Positions 39,545 through 48,594 of a stretch of 64,000 nucleotides of DNA are shown here, one piece after another. Below the pieces are notes generated by a model. The model was not told the origin of the DNA. It searched no databases and worked only from the letters and a program-made list of their open reading frames with translations. Numbering within the stretch: position 1 is the first letter of the stretch; each line of letters starts with the position of its first letter. Both the position numbers and the translations under genes were made by a program. This DNA is from Clostridia bacterium (GTDB lineage: Bacteria > Bacillota > Clostridia > TANB77 > CAG-508): assembly GCA_051891435.1 (NCBI GenBank), contig JBJFFE010000016.1, positions 625-64,624 on the forward strand, given 5' to 3'.

Positions 39545-39573
39545 TTGACAAAAAAGAGAAATAAACGTATAAT
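39545..39573 (+). promoter_or_regulatory. Consensus sigma-A promoter
   Basis: TTGACA, 17 nt, TATAAT exactly, about 20 nt upstream of the small ORF at 39594. Confidence 0.55.
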
Positions 39574-39593
39574 AATTATTGTAGGTGATAAAA

Positions 39594-39755
39594 ATGTTAG
39601 CCAAATATTGGAAAAAAATCGGATTAATAATTTTAATAGTACTATGTTTAATAAATGGAATATCAAAACTTGTTAAAGTAGTTTCATTTGATGATACAAT
39701 AGAAGCAGTTAAAACTAAAATATCAACGACACAAAATTCAGAAGAAAAAAACTAA
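39594..39755 (+). CDS. Small membrane protein (53 aa), below the ORF-track cutoff
   Basis: MLAKYWKKIGLIILIVLCLINGISKLVKVVSFDDTIEAVKTKISTTQNSEEKN. RBS aggtga sits 6 nt upstream, and there is one TM helix. Confidence 0.45.
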   Translation: MLAKYWKKIGLIILIVLCLINGISKLVKVVSFDDTIEAVKTKISTTQNSEEKN

Positions 39756-39836
39756 ATTAATTTGCAAAATAAAAACAAATATGATAAAATATATAAAGTT
39801 TTGTTAAAAAGAGTAAGGAAGAGGTGAATACTTAAA

Positions 39837-40037
39837 ATGAAAGAAGCAATACAACCAAAATTTGAAAAAACAACTATCACATGTGCTTGTGGTAATGTAA
39901 TGGAAGTAGGTTCTACAAAAAAAGATTTAAAAGTAGATGTTTGTTCTAAATGCCATCCATACTGGACAGGTAACCTAAAAAGAGAAACAACAGGTGGTAG
40001 AGCAGATAAATTTAAAAAGAAATATGGTATACAATAA
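39837..40037 (+). CDS. rpmE: 50S ribosomal protein L31 (Zn-binding type A)
   Basis: 66 aa. CxCG...CSKCHPYWTG and GRADKFKKKYG motifs. Confidence 0.95.
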   Translation: MKEAIQPKFEKTTITCACGNVMEVGSTKKDLKVDVCSKCHPYWTGNLKRETTGGRADKFKKKYGIQ

Positions 40038-40041
40038 TAAA

Positions 40042-40067
40042 AAAAGATGGAAAACCATCTTTTTTTT
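40042..40067 (+). terminator. Rho-independent terminator of rpmE
   Basis: agatgg-aaaa-ccatct followed by T8. Confidence 0.8.
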
Positions 40068-40171
40068 TGTCCACAAATTACCAATGTATTTTTGCCAAAT
40101 TTCCTTGACTATATTTTTTCGATACGATATACTATAAATGTCTAAAATATTTAGTATACAGGAGAAAAAAT

Positions 40172-42127
40172 ATGGGAAAAAACAAGAAATTTGTATGTAG
40201 CATATTAATACTCACTGTATTAATATACTATGTACTAGGAATTTTTATAAATAATAAAACATATGCAGCTACAACTAGAAAAAGAGAAACGAACTTAAAT
40301 GCTCTAACCCAAGAAAATTATCCAGGAGTTGCAAGTTTAATAAATGAACTAAAGAAATCTCATCCAAATTGGACTTTTACAATCTTATATACAGGACTAG
40401 ATTGGAGTACAGTTATATATAATGAAACAGAAGCATTACATGGAAGAAGCTTAGTGCAAACCAGTTCACTTCCATGGCTATGTGGAACTTGTGGACTAAA
40501 GGCATATGATAATGGAACTTGGCACTGTGCATCAAAATCTACAGTAGCGTATTATATGGATGCCAGAAATTGGTTAAATGAAAGTTACATATTTGCATTT
40601 GAAACTTTATCTTATGATGCATCTACACAAACAATAGATGGTGTAAAAAGAATATTAAAAGGTACTTTCATGGATAGAGACACTATTACATATACAGATA
40701 CAGCAGGAAATACACAAACAATTAATAAATCATATGCACAAATAATTATGGAGGCAGCCCAAGAGGCAGGAGTTAGCCCATATCACTTGGCATCTAGGGT
40801 AAAACAAGAACAAGGAGATGGAACAAGTGGCTTAATTAATGGAAATTATACATACACAGATGATAGTGGAAATACTTGCACAGATTTAGTAGGATATTAT
40901 AACTATTTTAACATAAGAGCTACTGGTGGAAATTCTGCTACTATTATAAAAAATGGACTAACTTATGCTAAGAAAGAAGGATGGACCACTCCAGAACTTG
41001 CGATAAAAGGAGGAGCAGCTTTTTTAGCATCAGATTATATTAAAAATTATCAAGATTGTTTGTATTTAGAAAAATATCAAGTAGATAGTGCAGGAGGATT
41101 ATATTCTCACCAATATATGCAAAATGTATCAGCTCCATATTCAGAAGGATATAGTACATATGTGGCTTACAGAGACTTAGGAATGTTAGATTACAGCTTT
41201 AATTTTATAATTCCTGTTTATGAAAATATGCCACAAACAATATCACCTATGCCAAATGCAGTAACAATGAATATTGTAACTGAAAATGTAAAAGTAACAA
41301 CTTCGTATTCTGCATTGAAAATTAGGCAATCAGCATCAAGTGCTGGAAGTATCATTGGCTCAGCAGATAAGGGAACAATTTTATTAAGAATAGAAAAAGC
41401 AGTAGCAATGTCTGATGATGGTAGGTACTGGGATAAAGTTGTTTATGATACAGGTACAGGAATTATTGTTGGATATTCAGCAAGAACAGATACAGATGGA
41501 TCACAATATTTAACACTTGTTAGTGATGTTGTAACTATAAATGAAGAAATGCAAACTTCAACAGATGTAAACTTAAGAAATGGACCAGGAACAACTGGAA
41601 CGACCATAAAACAAACTTTACCAAGTGGAATGAAGCTTACAGTTATAGACAAAATGTCATATAAAGTAAACAACTACTTGTGGTATAGAGTAAAATTATC
41701 GGATGGAACACAAGGATATATTGCATCAGAATATTTAAAAGAAATGGGAAGTCAACCATCAACTCCTACAGAGCCTACAGAACCAACAGGAAATTACAAG
41801 ATAGATGGAAATAATCTAATAATTGCGCCAGGAACAAAAATAACAGATATAGAAGGAGCAACGCTTACTGGGAGTGTTTTGGGAACAGGAGCAACAGTAA
41901 CATTAAACAATAATACATATAAATTAGTAGTATTGGGAGATGTTAGTGGAGATGGAGAAGTAGATGCAAGAGACTCTGCGAGAATATTAAAATTTAGTGT
42001 TGGTCAATATGAACTAAATGAATATCAGAAAAAAGCTGCAGATATTAGTAAAGACGGAGAAGTAGATGCAAGAGACTCTGCAAGAATATTAAAATATAGT
42101 ATAAATGATTATCAAATAACATTATAA
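40172..42127 (+). CDS. Secreted peptidoglycan hydrolase (glucosaminidase-like domain) with two SH3b-like domains and a C-terminal dockerin-type repeat pair
   Basis: 651 aa. Signal/TM, SPYHLASRVKQEQG (glucosaminidase-type catalytic region), two SH3b-like segments (ALKIRQSASSAGSIIG...; VNLRNGPGTTGTTIKQ...YRVKLSDGTQGYIASEYL), then GDVSGDGEVDARDSARILKFSVG and ADISKDGEVDARDSARILKYSIN (dockerin Ca-binding repeats). Confidence 0.75.
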   Translation: MGKNKKFVCSILILTVLIYYVLGIFINNKTYAATTRKRETNLNALTQENYPGVASLINELKKSHPNWTFTILYTGLDWSTVIYNETEALHGRSLVQTSSLPWLCGTCGLKAYDNGTWHCASKSTVAYYMDARNWLNESYIFAFETLSYDASTQTIDGVKRILKGTFMDRDTITYTDTAGNTQTINKSYAQIIMEAAQEAGVSPYHLASRVKQEQGDGTSGLINGNYTYTDDSGNTCTDLVGYYNYFNIRATGGNSATIIKNGLTYAKKEGWTTPELAIKGGAAFLASDYIKNYQDCLYLEKYQVDSAGGLYSHQYMQNVSAPYSEGYSTYVAYRDLGMLDYSFNFIIPVYENMPQTISPMPNAVTMNIVTENVKVTTSYSALKIRQSASSAGSIIGSADKGTILLRIEKAVAMSDDGRYWDKVVYDTGTGIIVGYSARTDTDGSQYLTLVSDVVTINEEMQTSTDVNLRNGPGTTGTTIKQTLPSGMKLTVIDKMSYKVNNYLWYRVKLSDGTQGYIASEYLKEMGSQPSTPTEPTEPTGNYKIDGNNLIIAPGTKITDIEGATLTGSVLGTGATVTLNNNTYKLVVLGDVSGDGEVDARDSARILKFSVGQYELNEYQKKAADISKDGEVDARDSARILKYSINDYQITL

Positions 42128-42153
42128 GAATACTTAAAAAAAGGAGAAGAGAT

Positions 42154-43602
42154 ATGATTAAGAAAAATTTTTGGAAAATAACAATTATCACATTATTCAT
42201 ATTACTGATTAATACAAAAGTTTCAAAAGCAGCAATATCTGCTTCTAGTAAAACTGTAAATTCAGGTGAAAGTGTTTCTATTTCAATATCATCTAATGTT
42301 CCAGTTTTATCTTATAAAGTAACTATGAATAGCAGTGGTGGACTAACTTTTGTTACAAGTTCGGGTGGAACTGGTGCAGGAACTGCAACAATAACAGATG
42401 CAAAATCTACAGGTATGACATCTCTTGCAACATATACTTTTAAAGTACCAACTGTAACAACAGATACAACATACACAGTTTCTTTTACTGCAACAGCAAT
42501 GGAGGATGAAAATTTTAATCCAGTAGCTAATTCAACAGCAATAGCTACAATTAAAGTAAAAGCACCTGTGACACCAACAAATCCACCTTCTAACAACAAT
42601 GGTTCAACAACAAATAGTGGAAGTTCAAGCAGTAGTAACAATTCTGGAAGTAGCAATAATTCATCAACCACCGCAAAACCAGAAGAACCAAAATCAAATG
42701 ACTCAACATTGAAAGGATTAGCAATTGAAGGATATGAACTTTATCCAACATTTGATGCAAATACTAGAGAATACAATATAAGAGTTACAAACGATATTAC
42801 AAAGGTTACAGTAACACCAACAGTTAACCATTCAAAAGCAAGCTACAAAATTGAAGGAGCAACTGAAGAATTATTGGTGGGTAAAAATGTAATAACTGTT
42901 GTAGTAACAGCAGAAGATGGAACAACATCAAATTATGTAATAAATGTAACACGTGATAGAGAAGGTTTAAATGTACAATACATAAAAATCTATTATACAG
43001 ATGAAGAAGGAAATAGACAAGAATTATTGTTAAACCCAGAATTTAGTACAGAAATATTTGAATATACTTTAAATGACTTATCATATTTAATATCTAAATT
43101 AGAAGTAGAAGTGCTAGCAAATTTGGACCAAGCTAGAATAGAAGTAATAGGAAATGAAGAACTAGTTGAAGGAACAAACACTATTACAATAACTGTTACA
43201 ATGCCATCAGAAAGTGAAGAAGAAGAGGACGAAGTATTAACATATAAAATTACAGTAAATAAAGAAAAAGAGCCAGTAGTAACACTAATGGGAAGAATAA
43301 AAAATTGGTTTAATGGTATAACAGGAACAATTACGACTTGGTATGCAGAGAACCAATATAAAATTATAATGGGAGCATTAATGCTATGCAGTGCATGCCT
43401 AGGAGGATTATCTGTATATCTAATTATTGACTATAAGAAATATCGTATGTTAGTAAAAAAAGTTGCAGAAATAACTAGAATGAATAATTCAGCATCACGT
43501 GTTACAGAAGCACCTGTTGATTTACAACCAGAGCAAACAAAAATTGAAGAAAACGACCAAGAAGAAGATAAAATAAAATCAAGAGGTAGACATTTCGAAT
43601 AA
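42154..43602 (+). CDS. Membrane-anchored surface protein: N-terminal Ig/cohesin-like module, Ser/Asn-rich linker, two cadherin-like beta-sandwich repeats, C-terminal TM
   Basis: 482 aa with a signal peptide. DSTLKGLAIEGYELYPTFDANTREYNIRV...YVINVTR is typical of the cadherin-like beta-sandwich repeat. TM helix at IIMGALMLCSACLGGLSVYLII. The cohesin assignment is tentative. Confidence 0.6.
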   Translation: MIKKNFWKITIITLFILLINTKVSKAAISASSKTVNSGESVSISISSNVPVLSYKVTMNSSGGLTFVTSSGGTGAGTATITDAKSTGMTSLATYTFKVPTVTTDTTYTVSFTATAMEDENFNPVANSTAIATIKVKAPVTPTNPPSNNNGSTTNSGSSSSSNNSGSSNNSSTTAKPEEPKSNDSTLKGLAIEGYELYPTFDANTREYNIRVTNDITKVTVTPTVNHSKASYKIEGATEELLVGKNVITVVVTAEDGTTSNYVINVTRDREGLNVQYIKIYYTDEEGNRQELLLNPEFSTEIFEYTLNDLSYLISKLEVEVLANLDQARIEVIGNEELVEGTNTITITVTMPSESEEEEDEVLTYKITVNKEKEPVVTLMGRIKNWFNGITGTITTWYAENQYKIIMGALMLCSACLGGLSVYLIIDYKKYRMLVKKVAEITRMNNSASRVTEAPVDLQPEQTKIEENDQEEDKIKSRGRHFE

Positions 43603-43641
43603 AATTATAGGACGCTATATTAATAGCGTCCATACACACGT

Positions 43642-43717
43642 GCTTCCATAGCTCAGTTGGTAGAGCAACAGATTCGTAACCTGTAGGTCGGGAGTTCGAT
43701 TCTCCCTGGAAGCTCCA
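43642..43717 (+). tRNA. tRNA-Thr (anticodon CGU)
   Basis: Cloverleaf: acceptor gcttcca/tggaagc, D-arm gctcagttggtagagc, anticodon loop ttCGTaa, T-arm gggagttcgattctccc, encoded CCA. Confidence 0.9.
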
Positions 43718-43969
43718 AATGTGCGACTTGTCAGTCGCAGTGAATAGTGAATGGTGAAGAGCTTACAGTGAATAATTTAAATTAGGCACTAAGATCACTT
43801 ATGTGCTATTCATTATTAATTTATTGAACATTTGATACTAAAAAAATTTTATTTAGCGTATACATTTATTGAATTCTATGCTAAAATGTATGTATAGTTA
43901 CTTAAGCCAAAACTATGTGAATATTTATGAATTTTAGTAATAAAATTAAAACAAGGGGGAAAAATGTAA

Positions 43970-44575
43970 ATGGAACAAGTTGTAAACAAGAAAGCATATG
44001 AACTTTCAAAAACAGGAGAAATTATGCAAACTATTTTAATTATTTTAGGAGCATTATTAGTACCAGCAATAGTACCACAATTATTACAAGTTATATTTGG
44101 AAAAACAAGCTGGATTGCAAGTAATTCACAAATTGTAGTGGGAAGTATAGTTAATACAGCCTTGATAATGACAGGCATAAATATGAAAGGATGGAGAAAA
44201 ATACTTTTAGTTGCTACATTACCAAGTTTATCTGCAATAGGAAGTGGGTATATATTTGGTAGTTTAACTAAAGTTACAATATTTATGGTACCAGGAATTT
44301 GGCTTGGAAACTTTGCTTTAATAATGCTTATGAAATACTTATATGTAAATAAAAACATAAACTATGCTGTAAGTGCAATAATATCAATAGCTGTAAAAGT
44401 AGCTATAATATTTGGAGTATTAAATATATGGATGGCATTTTCAGTTTTACCAAGTGAAGGAGTAGTGGCAAATACACTAAGAAATACAATGGGGCTAACA
44501 CAAGCCATAACAGCAACAATAGGTGCAATTATTTCAATTTTAATAATAAAAATAGGATTTAGAAAAAAATCATAA
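43970..44575 (+). CDS. Polytopic membrane protein of unknown function
   Basis: 201 aa with about 5-6 TM helices. I do not recognise a diagnostic motif. Confidence 0.55.
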   Translation: MEQVVNKKAYELSKTGEIMQTILIILGALLVPAIVPQLLQVIFGKTSWIASNSQIVVGSIVNTALIMTGINMKGWRKILLVATLPSLSAIGSGYIFGSLTKVTIFMVPGIWLGNFALIMLMKYLYVNKNINYAVSAIISIAVKVAIIFGVLNIWMAFSVLPSEGVVANTLRNTMGLTQAITATIGAIISILIIKIGFRKKS

Positions 44576-44593
44576 AAAAATTTAAAAAAACTA

Positions 44594-44622
44594 TTGCATT
44601 TTAAAAATATATGGAGTATAAT
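44594..44622 (+). promoter_or_regulatory. Putative promoter driving the stand-alone 5S rRNA/tRNA-Asn unit
   Basis: TTGCAT (44594-99), 17 nt, TATAAT (44617-22). The predicted start coincides with the 5S 5' end. Confidence 0.55.
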
Positions 44623-44628
44623 ACAAAA

Positions 44629-44743
44629 CATGGTGATGATAATCATGAGGATACACCTGTTCCCATACCGAACACAGAAGTTAAGCTCATGCATGCCGAA
44701 GATACTTGTGGGTTACCCTACTGGGAAAATAGGTAGTCGCCAA
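44629..44743 (+). rRNA. rrf: 5S ribosomal RNA (orphan copy, no 16S/23S in the window)
   Basis: ...cacctgttcccataccgaacacagaagttaagctc...gccga...gggaaaataggtagtcgcca matches the universal bacterial 5S loop C / helix III-V sequence. The ends are approximate (+/-3 nt). Confidence 0.85.
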
Positions 44744-44750
44744 TTTATAT

Positions 44751-44826
44751 TCCCCAATAGCTCAGTTGGTAGAGCGCTCGGCTGTTAACCGATAGGTCGT
44801 TGGTTCGAGTCCAACTTGGGGAGCCA
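44751..44826 (+). tRNA. tRNA-Asn (anticodon GUU)
   Basis: Acceptor tccccaa/ttgggga, D-arm gctcagttggtagagc, anticodon loop ctGTTaa, T-arm ttggttcgagtccaa, encoded CCA. Confidence 0.92.
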
Positions 44827-44834
44827 AAAAGAAA

Positions 44835-44864
44835 AAAGTTCATTTATAAATGAACTTTTTTTTT
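44835..44864 (+). terminator. Rho-independent terminator
   Basis: agttcattta/taaatgaact hairpin followed by T8. Confidence 0.8.
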
Positions 44865-44951
44865 GTAGTCACTTACTTGTCACTTTAAATGTAATATAAT
44901 AAAGCCACTATAGGAAATAAAAGGTTAAAAATATTGAAAGGAGAAAGCTTT

Positions 44952-45614
44952 ATGGAAATATTAAAAGTAGAAAATCTTACAAAGATTTATGGAAAAGATG
45001 AGAATAAAGTTATAGCACTTGATAATGTATCTTTTTCAGTCGAAAAAGGAGAATTTGTAGCAATAGTAGGAGCAAGTGGCTCTGGAAAGTCTACATTACT
45101 TCATTTAATAGGAGGAGTAGATAGACCATCATACGGAAAAGTATTTATCGATGGAAAAGACATATATAGTTTTGATGACGATAAACTAGCTATTTTTAGA
45201 AGAAGACAAGTAGGACTTATTTATCAATTCTATAATTTGATACCAATATTAAATGTAGAAGAAAATATTACATTGCCACTAAGCCTTGATAATAGGGAAG
45301 TAAACAAGACAAAATTAGATGAATTGTTAAAATTATTAGGACTTGAAGATAGAAAAACACATTTACCAAACGAATTATCTGGAGGACAACAACAAAGAAC
45401 AAGTATAGGAAGGGCACTTATAACAAATCCTACAATAATTTTAGCAGATGAACCAACAGGAAATTTGGACTCTAAAGCAAGTGAAGAAATTGTGGAATTA
45501 TTAAAAAGGTCAAATAAAGATTACAAACAAACTATAATTATGATAACACACAATTTGGAAATTGCTAAAGAAGCGGATAGGATTATAAAACTAGAGGACG
45601 GTAGAATTTGTTAA
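44952..45614 (+). CDS. ABC transporter ATP-binding protein (MacB/BceA-like)
   Basis: Start at ATG 44952 after aggaga. Walker A GASGSGKST, Q-loop, signature LSGGQQQR, Walker B ILADEPTGNLD. Confidence 0.9.
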   Translation: MEILKVENLTKIYGKDENKVIALDNVSFSVEKGEFVAIVGASGSGKSTLLHLIGGVDRPSYGKVFIDGKDIYSFDDDKLAIFRRRQVGLIYQFYNLIPILNVEENITLPLSLDNREVNKTKLDELLKLLGLEDRKTHLPNELSGGQQQRTSIGRALITNPTIILADEPTGNLDSKASEEIVELLKRSNKDYKQTIIMITHNLEIAKEADRIIKLEDGRIC

Positions 45615-45622
45615 TGTAAAAA

Positions 45623-45674
45623 TGTAGGGGTCAGTTTTGACTGACCCGCGGGCTGGTCAAGACCAGCCCCTACA
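45623..45674. repeat. GC-rich element, TGTAGGGG...CCCCTACA with two internal hairpins
   Basis: tgtagggg-tcagttttgactga-cccgcgg-gctggtcaagaccagc-ccctaca, sitting between the ATPase and permease genes. Confidence 0.7.
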
Positions 45675-45713
45675 ACATATATTTAAAATTAAAAGATTGG
45701 AGGAAAATGTAAA

Positions 45714-48365
45714 ATGGAATTGTTAAATAAATTAACAATGAAAAATTTAAAATTAAATAAAAAAAGAACTATTGTAACAATTATTGGTATAGTTTTATCA
45801 GTTGCGTTAATTACAGCAGTAGCAAGCTTGTTCTTTAGTGCAAGAAGTAGTTTGATAAGATTTGAGACTAAAGAAAAAGGAAACTTCCATTATTGCTTCT
45901 TTGATGTCCCAGTCCAAAATATAAATGAATTTAAAGAAAATAGAAAAATAGAAACAATGTATTTAGTACAAAGTCTAGGATATGATTATTTACAGGGGAG
46001 TAAAAACGAGTATAAGCCATATGTTTATGTAAAAGCACTTGATAAAGATGCTTTAGAAAATTTGGCAATTAATTTACTTGAGGGAAGGCTTCCTGAAAAT
46101 GAAAATGAAATTCTTGTCCCAAGTCATACAAAAACAAATGGTGGAGTAACTTTAAATTTAGGTGAAACAATAACTTTAAACCTTGGCACTAGAGTATCAG
46201 ACGGAGAAGAACTTAATCAAAGTAATCCATATTACCCTGAGCAAAAAGAAGAAATTATTAATACTACTCCACATACATACACAATTGTTGGTATTATAGA
46301 AAGACCATCTAGTGAAATAGAAGATTATTCTGCACCAGGATACACTTTTGTAACTTATATGGATAAAGAAAATCTTTCAGGCAAAAATGTTGATGTATTT
46401 GTAAGATATACAAAAGAAGGAATAAAAGATTATTTAAAAGTAACCGCAAATATTTTAGGTGTAAGTGAAGAAGCATATGAAAAACTATGTGGAGACGAAT
46501 TTCTAGAAAAAGATGAAATGGAAGAGTTAACTAAAAAATTAGGTGAACCTAAATATGAAACAGATTTAAATGGTTATTTAATCCTTTTAGAATCAGGAAT
46601 AGTAGGAGATTCTTCATTAAAAGCATTAGGAACAACAGTTATAGTTGTAGTTATAATAATCATATTTACATCAGTATTTTGCATAAAAAACAGTTTTGAT
46701 ATTTCAATTACAGAGAAAACAAAGCAATATGGAATGTTATCAAGCATTGGTGCAACAAGAAAACAAATAAAGAAAAATGTGTATTATGAAGCATTGATAC
46801 TAGGACTTATAGGAACACCAATAGGAATATTGGTAGGGGAACTAGCTGCATACATACTAATAATGGTAAGCAATTATTTTCTAAAAGATGCTTTGAATGT
46901 AGATCTAATATTTAGTTTTTCTTGGATTGCAATTGTATTTGCTATAATATTATCTTTTGTAACAATATATTTATCTGCAAGAAGAAGTGCAAAAAGAGCA
47001 TCAAAAATTACACCAATTACTGCAATTAGAAATAGTGAAAATATAAAAATAAAATCTAAAAAAATTAAATCACCTAAAATAATAAATAAAATATTTGGTA
47101 TTGGTGGAGAAATATCGTATAAAAATTTAAAAAGAAGTAAAAAGAAATATCGTACAACAGTAATAAGTATAATAGTTTGTGTATCTGTATTTATAGCACT
47201 TAGCTCATTTATAAATTTGGCATTTAATGTAATAAAAGTAGAATTTCAAAATCAAGATTATAACATACAGATAAGCTATAGAACAAATGAAGACATAGAT
47301 GAGAAAATGAAAGAAATATATAATTTGGATAGTATAAAAAATTATTCGGCTATTTCTAGTAGAGGTATAAATTTTACAACTGACAAATATAGTAAAGAAT
47401 ATTTAAAAATACATCCAGATGGAGGAAATGGTACCTATATTGATGAAGATGGTGTAGAACATACAATGGATGACTATATTAGTGTATATTCGGTAAATAC
47501 AGAAGAATTTACGAGATATGTAAAAAGTTTAGGACTAAAATATGAAGATGTAAAAGACAAAGGAATTTTAATTAATAATATTTACGAAACAAAGAAAGTA
47601 AATGATAAATATATAGAAGTAGAAATACCGAAATATACTTTTACGGTAGGAAACACTATAAAAGGCTATATTGATGATGATAAGAATAATATCAAAAAGA
47701 ATTGTTCAATAGAAATTGCCAAAATAACTACTGAAGTGCCTATGGGAATGAGTGAGTATCAGAGTGGAAATGCTTGCATATTTATAGACGAAAAATTAGG
47801 AGAAAATATAATAGATGACAGTTATTATAAATATGTATACATAGATTCTAAAGATGCAAATAAAACACAAGAGGAAATTGAGAAAATATTAGGAGATGCA
47901 GATTATGGGCTTGTAAATGCAGATGAAAATGCAAAAATGATGAATTCATTTTATACTTTAATTGCAATTTTCTTATATGGATTTATAACAGTAATAGCTT
48001 TAATTGGTATAACTAATATATTTAACACAATTACTACAAATATGAATTTACGAAGAAGAGAATTTGCAATGCTTAAAAGTATTGGAATGACTAAAAAAGA
48101 ATTTAACAGAATGATAAGACTAGAAAGCTTTTTCTATGGTATGAAATCTCTAATTATAGGGATTCCAATAGGTTGTGTGTTATCTTATCTAATTTACAAA
48201 GCATTAATGAGTGGAGAATTAATAATTAAATATCAATTACCAATAGGTGCAATAATAATATCAGCAATAGCTGTATTCTTGTTAATAACAACAATTATGA
48301 AATATTCTATAAACAAAATTAATAAACAAAATATTATAGAAACAATAAGAAATGATAATATTTAA
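45714..48365 (+). CDS. ABC transporter permease with two FtsX-type domains and large extracytoplasmic regions (BceB/MacB-like)
   Basis: 883 aa. TM1, a large loop and three TM, then the same arrangement repeated. GMLSSIGATRKQI and AMLKSIGMTKKEF are the FtsX-domain cytoplasmic motifs. Confidence 0.88.
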   Translation: MELLNKLTMKNLKLNKKRTIVTIIGIVLSVALITAVASLFFSARSSLIRFETKEKGNFHYCFFDVPVQNINEFKENRKIETMYLVQSLGYDYLQGSKNEYKPYVYVKALDKDALENLAINLLEGRLPENENEILVPSHTKTNGGVTLNLGETITLNLGTRVSDGEELNQSNPYYPEQKEEIINTTPHTYTIVGIIERPSSEIEDYSAPGYTFVTYMDKENLSGKNVDVFVRYTKEGIKDYLKVTANILGVSEEAYEKLCGDEFLEKDEMEELTKKLGEPKYETDLNGYLILLESGIVGDSSLKALGTTVIVVVIIIIFTSVFCIKNSFDISITEKTKQYGMLSSIGATRKQIKKNVYYEALILGLIGTPIGILVGELAAYILIMVSNYFLKDALNVDLIFSFSWIAIVFAIILSFVTIYLSARRSAKRASKITPITAIRNSENIKIKSKKIKSPKIINKIFGIGGEISYKNLKRSKKKYRTTVISIIVCVSVFIALSSFINLAFNVIKVEFQNQDYNIQISYRTNEDIDEKMKEIYNLDSIKNYSAISSRGINFTTDKYSKEYLKIHPDGGNGTYIDEDGVEHTMDDYISVYSVNTEEFTRYVKSLGLKYEDVKDKGILINNIYETKKVNDKYIEVEIPKYTFTVGNTIKGYIDDDKNNIKKNCSIEIAKITTEVPMGMSEYQSGNACIFIDEKLGENIIDDSYYKYVYIDSKDANKTQEEIEKILGDADYGLVNADENAKMMNSFYTLIAIFLYGFITVIALIGITNIFNTITTNMNLRRREFAMLKSIGMTKKEFNRMIRLESFFYGMKSLIIGIPIGCVLSYLIYKALMSGELIIKYQLPIGAIIISAIAVFLLITTIMKYSINKINKQNIIETIRNDNI

Positions 48366-48404
48366 AATTGTTGGAAGGTCTGAAGCATAAAGAAAATATA
48401 ATAT

Positions 48405-48520
48405 CAGCCGTTTTGTATATTTTATAAAAAATTAAATTTGACAGCCCTTTGAGGCGGGGGAAGACCTGCGTACGCCTTGGAAAATTTAATTTTTTAGAAA
48501 ATTATACAAAAGGTAGGCTG
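48405..48520 (+). repeat. Copy 3 of the roughly 117-nt intergenic palindromic element
   Basis: cagccgttttgtatattttataaaaaattaaatttgacagccctttgaggcgggggaagacctgcgtacgccttggaaaatttaattttttagaaaattatacaaaaggtaggctg. Confidence 0.85.
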
Positions 48521-48594
48521 ATTAATAATAAATTTTCTGATAAATTATTATTTTATAAAAAATCTATGTTATAATTAGGCAGAAAGGGAAAATT

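Noticed and set aside
43642-43717. An A31-C39 mismatch at the base of the tRNA-Thr anticodon stem, considered as a sign of a pseudo-tRNA.
   Set aside because: All other arms and invariant positions are intact, and single 31:39 mismatches are tolerated in functional tRNAs.
44594-44788. A 64-aa + strand ORF.
   Set aside because: It overlaps the 5S rRNA and the 5' half of tRNA-Asn, so it is not coding.
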